DNA of 64,000 nucleotides. Source: an uncultured delta proteobacterium (GTDB lineage Bacteria > Desulfobacterota > Binatia > UBA9968). The notes below the pieces were generated by a model that saw only the letters and a list, made by a program, of their open reading frames with translations, was not told the DNA's origin and did no database searches. Below are positions 1-9,824 of the stretch, in pieces. Where the stretch lies: positions 96,001-160,000 of the forward strand of contig CAVWLW010000032.1 of assembly GCA_963755715.1 (NCBI GenBank), in the 5' to 3' direction. A program made the position numbers and the translations under genes. Position 1 is the stretch's first letter. Each line of letters opens with the position of its first letter.

Positions 1-987
1 CAAAACTTCTTCGACGATGCAGGTCCCTTCGGGAATCAAGCGAACGACGCCGCATCCGAGCGCCGAGCCGGCGTCGCGCATCGAGTTGGGATCAAGGGGC
101 GTGTCGATCTTGTCGGCTGGCAGAAACGCCGACGACGGCGCGGCCGGCATGATCGCTTTTATTTTTTTGCCGCTTTTCATGCCGCCGCCGCATTCTTCGA
201 TCAGATAACGCAACGGCATGCCGAACGGCAGCTCATAAACTCCCGGCCGATTGACATCGTCGTTCAACGAAAAGATCATCGTCCCAGAACTCTCGGCCGT
301 GCCGAACTTGCGATACCAGTCGGCGCCGCGCAAAACGATCGGCGCGACATTGGCGAGGGTTTCGACGTTGTTGACCAACGTTGGTTTACCGAACAAACCG
401 ACGGTGACGGGAAAGGGTGGTTTTTGCCGCGGCCAAGCTTTCTTTCCCTCGATGACTTCGATTACCGCCGTATCTTCCCCGGCGACGTAATTATGCGGCG
501 CAGCTGTGACTTCAATGTCCAGATCAAAACCGCGGCCGAGAATATTTTTTCCTAAGTAGCCGGCGTTTTTGGCCTCGGCAATCGCGTCATTGATGCTCTG
601 GGTCGCAGCGTCGTATTGGGCATTGATATAGAGATAAATCTTCGTTGCGCCGATCGCATAGGCCCCGAGAATGGCGCCCTCGAGCACCAAATGGGGTAAG
701 TTCTCGAGCAATACTCGGTCTTTTTTGCTGCCCGGTTCGTCTTCGCCGCCGTTCACTACCAGGTAGCGCGGCTGCTCGGGGGCTTCGCGCGTGAATTGCC
801 ATTTTTTTCCGGTGGGAAAACCCGCGCCGCCGCGGCCGCGCAGACCGGCGTCCGAAACTATTTTGATGAGCTCTTCCGGAGATGCCTGGAGCGCTTTGCC
901 GAGCGCCTCGTAGCCACCTCGACTGCGATAAGCGCTTAAGCTTTCTCTTCCCTCGGGCACACCGTGCGGGAAAAGGATGCCTTCCAT
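1..987 (-). CDS. NuoF-like NADH-binding flavoprotein (51 kDa subunit family), truncated by window edge
   Basis: Manual translation from ATG 987: MEGILFPHGVP...SDAGLRGRGGAGFPTGKKW...NGGEDEPGSKKDR...YVAGEDTAVIE...PTLVNNVETLAN; NuoF FMN/NADH motifs; open to position 1. Confidence 0.9.
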   Translation of the reverse strand, partial: MEGILFPHGVPEGRESLSAYRSRGGYEALGKALQASPEELIKIVSDAGLRGRGGAGFPTGKKWQFTREAPEQPRYLVVNGGEDEPGSKKDRVLLENLPHLVLEGAILGAYAIGATKIYLYINAQYDAATQSINDAIAEAKNAGYLGKNILGRGFDLDIEVTAAPHNYVAGEDTAVIEVIEGKKAWPRQKPPFPVTVGLFGKPTLVNNVETLANVAPIVLRGADWYRKFGTAESSGTMIFSLNDDVNRPGVYELPFGMPLRYLIEECGGGMKSGKKIKAIMPAAPSSAFLPADKIDTPLDPNSMRDAGSALGCGVVRLIPEGTCIVEEVL

Positions 988-990
988 GGA

Positions 991-1314
991 CTAGAAAACC
1001 CCCGTGTCGAGAAGTTGATAGATCAACTCTTTCAGGGAAGAGTCGATCGTGTCGAGCCGCTGAACGTGCGGCCCGCCGGCCAGATGCTCGGTGATCTCGT
1101 CGAGGTCCTCCACCTTCACTTTGGCGTACCAGTTCTTTTCTGGGTAAAGCACGATGTTGGGACCTTCCTGGCAAGCGCCGAAGCACATATAGGACTTCAC
1201 CTCGACGTCGGTCAGCCCTTTATCGTCGATCCGTTTTTGCAGTTCCGTCATGAGCTGCTCCGAGCCACGCGATTTACAATCTATATTCTGGCAAACGAGA
1301 CACACTCGACTCAC
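991..1314 (-). CDS. Thioredoxin-like [2Fe-2S] ferredoxin (NuoE C-terminal-like)
   Basis: Cx4C...CFGACQEGP motif; RBS aggag upstream; stop 3 nt before the NuoF-like start. Confidence 0.85.
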   Translation of the reverse strand: MSRVCLVCQNIDCKSRGSEQLMTELQKRIDDKGLTDVEVKSYMCFGACQEGPNIVLYPEKNWYAKVKVEDLDEITEHLAGGPHVQRLDTIDSSLKELIYQLLDTGVF

Positions 1315-1382
1315 GGGGTTTCTCCTTGTGTTCTACTTACTCGTGCGCAAACGGAGATGCAATAAGCCGACGGCCGGCCAAG

Positions 1383-2490
1383 TTAATTCATCTGTAACTG
1401 GGTTACCCAGTCTTTGCCTTCTATGATTTCCGCCAGGATGCGTTCATCTTCTGGCGTCGGAAGAGCATCGCTCAGGTGCTTTTGATACTCCTCCGGGGTT
1501 AATGACTCCCCGGTCACGCTGTACGTTTTGCCAACATACTCGCCGATCGAGCGATTGAATTTGAGATCGGGCGCATAGAGCTTCGGTTGGTCTGCGGGAA
1601 TCAATTGATTGAGTTGGTCGATGAGTTTGCCGCTTTCTGTCATGTAATGAGAGCGCGCCAAATCATTCAATCTATCCTTCTCAGCGGGCAACGGTAGCCT
1701 CATGTTCGTCGAAGCGACCTTTCAACCCCCAGGTGTAAGTCCAGTGCGCCGACGACGAATGATCCGTCCCAAACAGATCGTAGGCGGTCGACAGCCACTT
1801 ATTAAAGTATTTTTGCATGATCGGTATCGGGATCTTGCCGGCTCTCAAAATGCGCGTTAATCCCGTATGGCCGGTAAACATGTGAAAAAATTCTTCCTTC
1901 AACATCGCCGTGACGCTTTCTGCCAACGGCGCAAAGGCCGAATGGGAAAGCATCGTTAACTGATATTTACCGTCGCGATCGACAAATTCGGTGTAGGTGA
2001 AAAAGTCTAGCCAGTTATTAACCGGCGCATTGAACGACCCCAGCAGCCGGTCGCCGCGGAAGGCGCGTCGCTCAAGGAGCTTGCGCGCCTCCAACTTCCC
2101 CGAATCGCCGAAATAGTTCACCAGCAAGTAACACATCTGCCAGCCATGACGCATTTCCTCGCTGTTGACGCGGGTGAGCGCTTGCCGGTCGTATTCAGTC
2201 GGCGCGGTATCGAGGAGATTTTTCTGCTGCTCGACCGAGGCGAATTCGGTATCGCCCTGGTAGACGATCAGATTCATCAAGGCATCGCGTATGGATTGAT
2301 TGGGAATCTGCGTGAGCCGTTGCCATTTCGCCTGACCTTTAAAGTCGCCGAATTCGATCTCAGGGGAGTGCAATTCGCCCAGCTTGGTTTCAAACTGGTA
2401 ATTGCCAAGTAGCGCTGGATCGTAGCCAATATCCTGTTGCCATTGACGAAAATAATCTACCCAGTCTTCGAAAGTTGAAATTTTGACCAT
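1383..2490 (-). CDS. boxB: BoxB/PaaA-family diiron aryl-CoA epoxidase (frameshift near 1691)
   Basis: QGDTEFASVEQQ, EEMRH, DRDGKYQL and EEFFH diiron motifs; ORFs 1681-2490 and 1383-1703 join if one T is removed (EATV/PAEKDRLND). Confidence 0.8.
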
Positions 2491-2511
2491 GACAATTCCT
2501 CTCGGTTATAG

Positions 2512-2529
2512 TTCGAACGATCGTTCGAA
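2512..2529. promoter_or_regulatory. Perfect 18-bp palindrome, candidate operator of the boxB-like operon
   Basis: ttcgaacgatcgttcgaa, about 22 nt upstream of the boxB-like ATG. Confidence 0.45.
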
Positions 2530-2574
2530 AATAAGAATAACCTTTGATGGTCAGTAAATCAACCCCAGGAGCAA

Positions 2575-4980
2575 CTAATGATACATTTCGAGCAACTCGA
2601 CCATGCCGAGCTCACGCGTTTGCTCGAATAAATATCTTTTAATTTCACCGACTTCATCCATTTCGAGAACGATTTCGGCAACGGCTTTGGCGCCTTGATA
2701 ACTAATCGAGCGAATCGCTTTCTTGATGACCGGAATGTAAAGCGAGCCCGTGCTGAACTCTTCCAGACCCATGCCGAGCAGCAAGATCGCGCAAAGCGGG
2801 TCACCCGCCATTTCACCGCACATGCCCACCCGTTTCCCCTCCCGTTTGCCAGCGGCGATAGTCGAGTTCAGGGCGGCCAGAACCGCGGGGTGCAACGGTT
2901 CGTATAGGTTTGCCACCTTGCGATTGCTGCGATCGACGGCGAGGAGGTATTGGATTAGATCGTTGGTTCCGATACTCAGAAAATCAACTTCGCGTAGAAA
3001 ACGGTCGGCGAGTTGGACGGCGGCAGGCACTTCCACCATAATGCCGAGCTCCATCTGCCGATCATAGGGGGTGCCTTCCCGATCGAGCTCATGCTTGGCT
3101 TCGGCGAGAATTTCTTTGACTTTCTGAATTTCTTCGAGACTTGAGATCATCGGAACGAGCAGCCGAACTCGACCGAGATCACCGACCCGGAGAATAGCGC
3201 GCAACTGGGTTTTGAAGATCTCTTCGACTTCCAGCGAAATGCGGATCGAACGCCAGCCCAAAAATGGGTTTGGCTCGGCTGTCACGCTGCGCATGTAAGT
3301 CGGGTATTTATCCGCGCCGATGTCCAAAGTTCGAATGGTCACCGGCCTGCCCGCCATAGCTTCGACGACGCGGCTGTAAAGGGAATACTGCTCCTCTTCG
3401 CTCGGAAAGTCTCGATGCGATAAAAACGGAATCTCAGTTCGGTAAAGACCGATGCCTTGGGCGCCGTGGAGTTGGGCAAAAGCCACGTCGCTGAGTAAAC
3501 CGATATTCGCGTAAAGCGAGACGCGGCGGCCATCGGTCGTTTCTGCCGGCAAATTCTTGAGCTCGCCGAGCTCACGGTTCAGCTCGGCATAGTCGCGTTC
3601 TAAGCGGTTGTATTCGCGGATCACTTCCGGATTCGGATTGACGTGCACATTCGCGGCGTTGCCATCGATGATCAGCATATCGCCTTGATGAACCGACTCC
3701 ATCAATCCCTCGATAGCGACCACGGTTGGGATCTCGAATGATTTCGCCAAGATTGAAGCGTGTGAAGTGACGCCGCCGGTCGCGAGCGCGATGCCCTTAA
3801 ACTTATCTCCTTCAAGCATGCTGAGATCTGCCGGCGAGAGATCTTCCGCGACCAAGACTGCGTCGTCGGGAATATTGTAGGGCTGGTCCGACAAGCCGTT
3901 GAGATTTTCCAGCAGCCGTTGCGCCGCGTCCCTGACATCGGTGGTGCGCTCGCGCAGGTAGGGGTCGTCGATTTTCGCGATCGAATCCAAGTAACGTTCA
4001 AAAACCACTCTGATCGCGTATTCGGCCACATATCTTTCTTTTGAAATCTGGTTTTCGATTTGCTCAATCAGCGCGGGGTCTTCTAAAATCAGGCGGTAAA
4101 CGTCGAAAATCGCGCTTTCCTCTTTGGAGATCAAAAAGTTCATGCGATTCTTGACCACGTGAACCTGTTCGATGCCGCGCTCCACGGCGCCGCGAAAGCG
4201 GTTGATCTCGCGCTGCGGGTTTTTTGCGAGTTTCTTCTTGATCGCACTCAGATCCATGCGCGGCTCCAAAACGAATGCTCGGCCCCGGCCAAATCCCGGC
4301 GATGCCGCCAGGCCGTTTAAACGACCGCGCCAGCCCTGTTTGGTTTTAGCGGTTTTTTCGCGACGATTACCCTCGTAGGAGCGCAGTTTGCGCATCGCCT
4401 CGTTCATGCGCTTTTCAAATTCCTTGCGTTCCTGCTCTTTGCTCTTCAGGGAGTCGGCGAGGCGCGCTTGAACCAGAATGCTCGCCGCTTGCCCCGAAAT
4501 CGTCGTGAGCAAGCGAATTTCATCGCGGGAAAATTCGCGCCGCCTCGACGTCTGCACGACCAAGACGCCGAGCGGTATTTTTTGTTGAAACAGCGGCACG
4601 CCGAGAAAAGAGTGAAAATGCTCTTCATGCGTTTCCGGGAAATATTTGTAGCGCGGATGTGCCAGCGTATCAGCGACCATCACCGGCTTCATGCGCTCAA
4701 TCACCAAGCCCGTTAGCCCTTCGCCTATGCCCATCGAGACTTTGTCGACCGATTCCTGGTCCAAGCCCATGGTCGCGCGCAAGGTCAGACGGTTGGTGTT
4801 GCGGTCCAGGATGTAAATCGAACAGACTTCGGTCTGCATTCTTTCGGCTACGGTGGCGACGATCCGCTCGAGTGTCTCCTGCAGGTTATGCGAATGGCTG
4901 ATCAGGGCGCTGATATCCTCAAGGATATCGAGGTGGGGCGGAGTGTTACGGTTCGGTTTTTTTGTCGGTCTCTTCGCCAT
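2575..4980 (-). CDS. ptsP: Phosphoenolpyruvate-protein phosphotransferase with N-terminal GAF domain (EI-Ntr)
   Basis: GAF domain, GGVTSHASILA phospho-His site, GLYRTE, EPNPFLGWRSIR, SIGTNDL, GMCGEMAGDP; likely start MAKRPTKK. Confidence 0.95.
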   Translation of the reverse strand: MAKRPTKKPNRNTPPHLDILEDISALISHSHNLQETLERIVATVAERMQTEVCSIYILDRNTNRLTLRATMGLDQESVDKVSMGIGEGLTGLVIERMKPVMVADTLAHPRYKYFPETHEEHFHSFLGVPLFQQKIPLGVLVVQTSRRREFSRDEIRLLTTISGQAASILVQARLADSLKSKEQERKEFEKRMNEAMRKLRSYEGNRREKTAKTKQGWRGRLNGLAASPGFGRGRAFVLEPRMDLSAIKKKLAKNPQREINRFRGAVERGIEQVHVVKNRMNFLISKEESAIFDVYRLILEDPALIEQIENQISKERYVAEYAIRVVFERYLDSIAKIDDPYLRERTTDVRDAAQRLLENLNGLSDQPYNIPDDAVLVAEDLSPADLSMLEGDKFKGIALATGGVTSHASILAKSFEIPTVVAIEGLMESVHQGDMLIIDGNAANVHVNPNPEVIREYNRLERDYAELNRELGELKNLPAETTDGRRVSLYANIGLLSDVAFAQLHGAQGIGLYRTEIPFLSHRDFPSEEEQYSLYSRVVEAMAGRPVTIRTLDIGADKYPTYMRSVTAEPNPFLGWRSIRISLEVEEIFKTQLRAILRVGDLGRVRLLVPMISSLEEIQKVKEILAEAKHELDREGTPYDRQMELGIMVEVPAAVQLADRFLREVDFLSIGTNDLIQYLLAVDRSNRKVANLYEPLHPAVLAALNSTIAAGKREGKRVGMCGEMAGDPLCAILLLGMGLEEFSTGSLYIPVIKKAIRSISYQGAKAVAEIVLEMDEVGEIKRYLFEQTRELGMVELLEMYH

Positions 4981-5054
4981 TGGCTGCGGCGCAGCGCCGC
5001 GCTTTCTATAAAACACAATTCGCGCTTCTTCGCTAGGGAGCGACTCCGCTGCGT

Positions 5055-6113
5055 TTATTGTTGGAGCGGCCGCGATCCGCGCCGGCGAAAGTGCGGCGCT
5101 CGGTCGGGCGCGAAAAATCCAGGAAGAGGTTCGCCGCACGGACAGCGATCACCGTGGAGATTGTTCTCCAAGATCTCGTGCCAAGAGCGGCGGATCAAGG
5201 CTCGAGAGCAGGCCGAACAGTAGGTCGTTTGTCCTTCGTCGTCGTGGACATTGCCGACGTAGGCGAATTTGATGCCGGATGATTTCGCGATCTGGCGCGC
5301 GCGCGCGAGGGTCGTCGCTGGTGTGCGTGGTTTATTGGTCAACTTAAAATCCGGATGAAACGCTGTGAAATGCACCGGCACGGCATCGCCGAGGTGGTTA
5401 ACGATCCACTCGCAAAGCCGCTTGGTTTCATCGGGATCGTCGTTTTCGCCGGGGATCATCAGGTTGGTGATCTCGAACCAAATGTCCGTTTCGTGTTTGA
5501 GCCAATTGAGCGTAGCGAGCACCGGATCGAGGTGAGAGAAGGTCAGTTTGTGATAGAAGCGTTCGCTGAAAGCTTTGAGATCGACGTTGGCGGCGTCGAT
5601 ATGCCGAAAGACTTCCGGCCGGGCCTCGGGCGTAATGTAGCCGGCGGTGACCATGACGCTTTTGAGCCCGCGTTCACGCGCCACATGCGAAATGTCGATG
5701 ACAAACTCGCCCCAGATCACCGGATCATTATAGGTGAAGGCGATCGCGGGCACGCGGTGTTTGAGCGCGAGCTGGACGACTTGTTCGGGGCCGATCTGAA
5801 GGCTCTGCGCTTCGTCGAGCTTGGCCTTGCTGATGCTCCAGTTCTGACAAAAGCGGCAGCCCAAGTTGCAACCGGCCGTGCCGAAGCTCAAGATTTCGCT
5901 TCCCGGTAAAAAGTGATTGAGCGGTTTCTTTTCGATGGGATCGATGGCGAAGCCCGTCGACGTTCCATAACCGAGCGAGTACAGCTTGCCGCCGATGTTC
6001 TTGCGAATGTAGCAAAAACCAGCTTGGCCCTCGCCGATGCGGCAAAAGCGCGGACAAAGCGTGCAGAGTGCCTTGCCGTCGCCCTCCGCATGCCACCAGA
6101 GCGCTTCCTTCAT
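5055..6113 (-). CDS. amrS: AmmeMemoRadiSam system radical SAM enzyme
   Basis: N-terminal CTLCPRFC...GFC, IDPIEKKPL, CNLGCRFCQNW (CxxxCxxC), C-terminal CxxC. Confidence 0.9.
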   Translation of the reverse strand: MKEALWWHAEGDGKALCTLCPRFCRIGEGQAGFCYIRKNIGGKLYSLGYGTSTGFAIDPIEKKPLNHFLPGSEILSFGTAGCNLGCRFCQNWSISKAKLDEAQSLQIGPEQVVQLALKHRVPAIAFTYNDPVIWGEFVIDISHVARERGLKSVMVTAGYITPEARPEVFRHIDAANVDLKAFSERFYHKLTFSHLDPVLATLNWLKHETDIWFEITNLMIPGENDDPDETKRLCEWIVNHLGDAVPVHFTAFHPDFKLTNKPRTPATTLARARQIAKSSGIKFAYVGNVHDDEGQTTYCSACSRALIRRSWHEILENNLHGDRCPCGEPLPGFFAPDRAPHFRRRGSRPLQQ

Positions 6114-6204
6114 GAGGAAAATATCCCGCTTTTGACGCGGCATGGCAAGGGCGAAACGTGGATAGCCGGTCCGGATTTTCTTTTGATTGTGTTATAGTTC
6201 GACT

Positions 6205-6616
6205 ATGGGTGGAATCGCAGGACTAAAAGGCATGCGTCATGTCGCCCTCAAAGTTAAGAACGTGGCGCGATCAAAAAAGTTTTATCAAGAAATCCTCGGC
6301 ATGGACGTGGTCTGGGAGCCCGATGCCGAGAACGTGTATCTTTCGTTCCGGCTGCGACAACATTGCGATCCACGCTGTCTCGGCAAATTTCGCGGCGAGC
6401 GCGGAAGAAAAGCAATTGGATCACCTGGGCTTCATCGTCGAAAGCACCGAGCGGGTAAAAGAATTGGAACAGGAGTTTATCGCCAAGGGGGTGCGCATCG
6501 TTCACCCGTTCAAAGCGCACCGCGACGGCAGCGCGTCGTTTTACTGCGCAGACCCCGACGGCATCGTGATCCAGATGCTTTACGAGCCGCATTTGAGCAT
6601 GCAAAGGATCGAGTGA
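6205..6616 (+). CDS. VOC/glyoxalase family protein (frameshift near 6346)
   Basis: RHVALKV...FYQEILGM in one frame; LDHLGF...FYCADPDGIVIQ in the next frame. Confidence 0.8.
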
Positions 6617-6642
6617 CTTCAAGGGCAGCTCAATCGTAAAGT

Positions 6643-6860
6643 GTGCTGGCAGGCGGCAAGCTACAGCGCCGATTCTCTGTAAGTATTTTTCATCAAATTC
6701 ACTGCGACAACGGCTTGACCGGTATCGGCGCTGCGTCGATCATTGTTTCCTCCGAGATTGCTGAGTTCGAAGAGCTTGACGGCGATCTTGTCGAAGGGTT
6801 CGAAGTTGCCGATGGCGCGGTCCGTGTTCCTACCGGGGCCGGCTCGGCGTCAGCTGATGG
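6643..6860 (+). pseudogene. Internally deleted mandelate racemase/muconate lactonizing (enolase superfamily) remnant
   Basis: IHCDNGLTGIGAAS (N-terminal motif) joined directly to EFEELDGDLVEGFEVADGAVRVPTGAG-(L)GV (C-terminal motif). Confidence 0.5.
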
Positions 6861-6982
6861 CTTAAGATTCCCGGCCCTTGACGCTCGTTGCGTACATCGA
6901 TTAACGTTCTTCCGACTAAGTTAACCGCAAGGCAATCTGATCGCGCAAACCGATAGGGAATTCGCGACGAGGAGAAGGCGCT

Positions 6983-8671
6983 ATGTATGATCTCTTGTTA
7001 AAAGGCGGCAGGATTTACGACGGCTCGGGCATGCCGAGTTATAACGGTGATGTCGGTATTAAAAACGGCAAAATCGTCGAGATCGGCCGGCTTAAAGAGA
7101 GCGCGACACGGACGCTCAACGTCGATGGTTTAGCCGTGGCGCCCGGATTTATCGATCCGCACACCCATCTCGACGCGCAGTTATTTTGGGATCCGCTCGG
7201 CACTTCGTCTTGTTTTCATGGGGTGACGTCGGTGGTGCTTGGCAACTGCGGTTTGAGCTTGGCGCCGGCGAAAGCGGAAAACCGCGACGCTGTGATCAAG
7301 AGCTTCGTGCGCGTCGAAGCGATCAGCCGGAAGGTGCTCGAAGAAGGCGTGCAGTGGAAATGGATTTCAACGGCTGAGTATCTTAATGCGCTCGGGAGCC
7401 GCCTCGGTATCAATGCCGCCGCTTTGATCGGCCATATCGCGGTGCGCCATTACGTGATGGGCGAAGAGGCCGTCGAACGGCAGGCGACAGCGCAAGAAAT
7501 CGCCGAGATGAAAGATCTCGTGCGCCAAGGCATGGAAGCCGGCGCCGTCGGGTTTTCGACCAATCAAAATCCGCGCCACATCCGTGAAGACAAAAAACCC
7601 GTGGCGAGCCGTCTCGCCTCCGACGACGAGCTTGGATCGCTGCTCGACGTTTTGGGCGAAATGAATTCCGGTGTCGTGCAGTTGAGCGGCGGCGGCGCGG
7701 ACTCGCGCGGCCGTATCGCTTACGCTGCGGCTATGGCGCGGCGCACCGGTCGGCCAGTGTTATGGCAGAGCATCAGCCATAGCTGGAGCCGGCCCAATCA
7801 TTGGCAAGAGATGCTCGCCAACACGGAACGGGTCTTCAAAGAAGAAGGATTGCCGATCTACGCCATGACCCAGGCCAAACCTTTTCAAAACCGCTACACC
7901 TTGCGCGACGCCCAGTGCTTCGACGAATTTCCAACGTGGAAGGCCGCAATGTTTAGCCCGCTTGCGGCGCGCCGGCAGATGTTTGCCGATCCTGAGCTTA
8001 GAAAAAAATTGCGCACCGAAGCGATCGAGGATTCTTCTCCGTCGGTTTTTCCAAGACGCTGGGATGTTGTCTTCGTCGACCACGTCAAGCTGGCGCAGCA
8101 TAAATCGCTCGAAGGCAAATCGGTGGAAGAAGTTGCCAAAGCCGCAGGCAAAGACGGCCTCGATTTCTTTTTGGATCTATCGCTCGAAGAAGATCTTGAA
8201 ACGCGCTTCGTTCATACCAATACCCAAGGCGACGCAAAAGCGGTTTGCGAAATTCTCAAACACCCCGCCGTGATGATCGGACAGTCCGACGCGGGCGCGC
8301 ATATGGGCTATGACGCGAGATTCGGATACAGCACGGCGTTTCTCGGTCGCTGGGTGCGCGATCATGGGATCATGTGCTTGGAGGAAGCCGTCGGCAAACT
8401 TACGTTTCGCGTCGCTTCGATTTTTGGTTTGAGCGATCGTGGTTTGCTGCGCGCTGGTTTTGCCGCGGACGTCGCGGTCTTCGATCCGGCGACTGTCAAT
8501 ACATTAGAACCGGAGTACGTTCAGGACTTGCCCGGCAATGAAACGCGCATGATTCAAAAAGCCACGGGCGTGCCGTACACGATAGTCAACGGCGAGATTG
8601 TAATCGAGAACGGCGCCGCCACCGGCGCGTTGCCGGGAAAAGTATTGAGACGCAAAGCGCGCGAGAATTAA
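6983..8671 (+). CDS. N-acyl-D-amino-acid deacylase-like amidohydrolase
   Basis: APGFIDPHTH, GNCG, SDAGAH, DRGLL...ADVAVFDP; RBS aggag. Confidence 0.9.
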   Translation: MYDLLLKGGRIYDGSGMPSYNGDVGIKNGKIVEIGRLKESATRTLNVDGLAVAPGFIDPHTHLDAQLFWDPLGTSSCFHGVTSVVLGNCGLSLAPAKAENRDAVIKSFVRVEAISRKVLEEGVQWKWISTAEYLNALGSRLGINAAALIGHIAVRHYVMGEEAVERQATAQEIAEMKDLVRQGMEAGAVGFSTNQNPRHIREDKKPVASRLASDDELGSLLDVLGEMNSGVVQLSGGGADSRGRIAYAAAMARRTGRPVLWQSISHSWSRPNHWQEMLANTERVFKEEGLPIYAMTQAKPFQNRYTLRDAQCFDEFPTWKAAMFSPLAARRQMFADPELRKKLRTEAIEDSSPSVFPRRWDVVFVDHVKLAQHKSLEGKSVEEVAKAAGKDGLDFFLDLSLEEDLETRFVHTNTQGDAKAVCEILKHPAVMIGQSDAGAHMGYDARFGYSTAFLGRWVRDHGIMCLEEAVGKLTFRVASIFGLSDRGLLRAGFAADVAVFDPATVNTLEPEYVQDLPGNETRMIQKATGVPYTIVNGEIVIENGAATGALPGKVLRRKAREN

Positions 8672-8847
8672 CAACGGCCGTTGTGGCGATGTCTTTAAAG
8701 ACCTACAGATAAAAATCGCCCTGAGAGATTTTTGCTGGATTCGATGCGTATCTCTCCGGTTCGGTAATCTCTTCCTTATTGTTCTTTTTTTCCTGCCTTT
8801 AAATCTGTTTCGATTTTCCAACCTCCTGATGGCACTAACTTTTTTTG

Positions 8848-8862
8848 TGGCACGGGCATTGC
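8848..8862 (+). promoter_or_regulatory. Sigma-54 (-24/-12) promoter
   Basis: TGGCACGGGCATTGC matches TGGCACG-N4-TTGC with GG-N10-GC spacing, about 120 nt upstream of 8980. Confidence 0.65.
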
Positions 8863-8979
8863 CCCTATACTGATCTAGCCGATAAGCACGATTTTAACCG
8901 ATCAACCCCAAGTAGGCTTTTTATCGGCGCGCTACGTCCAAATGTTGGGCGAGGTTGAACAAAGAAGGAGGGAATTTTT

Positions 8980-9273
8980 ATGATTAGCAAGATAAAGACT
9001 TTGGTTATGGGCGGTCTGGTTACGGGATCTTTGGCGCTGTCGGCCGGTTCTGTGTTTGCGCGGGATTACTGGCATTGGTCTGAGCAGCAACACCGCTGGG
9101 ATCGCCGAGCGGATATCAGAAGCGACTATCGAGATCTAAATCAGGCGAAACGGCAGCTCGAGTACGACCGCGCCCATCACGCCAACCGCAGAGTGATCGC
9201 ACGGGATCTCGAACGCGTTAGTGCGATCGAAAATGATATTCGTGAAGACCGCCATGCATTCAACCGCCGCTAG
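8980..9273 (+). CDS. Small secreted hypothetical protein
   Basis: Strong RBS aggagg; signal peptide ending VFA; Trp-rich motif followed by a charged helical region. Confidence 0.8.
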   Translation: MISKIKTLVMGGLVTGSLALSAGSVFARDYWHWSEQQHRWDRRADIRSDYRDLNQAKRQLEYDRAHHANRRVIARDLERVSAIENDIREDRHAFNRR

Positions 9274-9365
9274 CATTTCGGCGGGTGATTAAAGTCGGCA
9301 AAAAACGAACGTAATTCTGCTCGGCGAAGAAGCGATTAGCCAAGCAATTGAGACGGAGGAAGTGA

Positions 9366-9722
9366 ATGAATAGTCATAAACTGAATGTTTTTTTAGTAGG
9401 CGGGCTCGTGGCAGGTTCATTGATCGGCTCGGCTGTTCCGGCTCATGCTGATTGGGATTGGCATCGTTGGTGGGGCCATGAGCGCCGTGATGAGGTCAGA
9501 AACGATCGTCGAGAAATTCAAAACGATAGAAAGGAACTTCGCGACGATCGCGGTGAATTGCGCCAGGACCGGCGTGAGCTTAGGCAAGACTTGCGCAACG
9601 GCGCCGGCCGCGGTGAGATTGAGCAGGACCGCCGGGAGTTGGCAAACGACAGGGCGGAGTTTCAAAGGGACCAAAGAGAACTGAAACAAGATCAACTCGA
9701 GTTTCACCGCGATCGTCGGTAG
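9366..9722 (+). CDS. Small secreted protein with DRRELRQ-like heptad repeats
   Basis: RBS ggagg; signal peptide ending AHA; about 10 heptads; similar layout to the 8980 ORF. Confidence 0.8.
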   Translation: MNSHKLNVFLVGGLVAGSLIGSAVPAHADWDWHRWWGHERRDEVRNDRREIQNDRKELRDDRGELRQDRRELRQDLRNGAGRGEIEQDRRELANDRAEFQRDQRELKQDQLEFHRDRR

Positions 9723-9744
9723 TTTGATGCATTGTTAAATTTAC

Positions 9745-9777
9745 AGCCCGGCCGCCTTTTGGCGGCCGGGCTTTTTT
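9745..9777 (+). terminator. Rho-independent terminator
   Basis: agcccggccgcc-tttt-ggcggccgggct followed by a T-run. Confidence 0.85.
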
Positions 9778-9824
9778 GTGCCATATGGAATGGCGGGCGC
9801 CCCTTCTTAGACAAATTCGTTTAT

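Noticed and set aside
5055-6113. amrS without AmmeMemoRadiSam A/B partners, next to ptsP
   Set aside because: Dispersed arrangement of these genes is common; no evidence of a functional link to ptsP.
9480-9720. 21-bp periodicity that could suggest a CRISPR or DNA tandem array
   Set aside because: Explained by protein heptad repeats with synonymous variation; there are no spacers.
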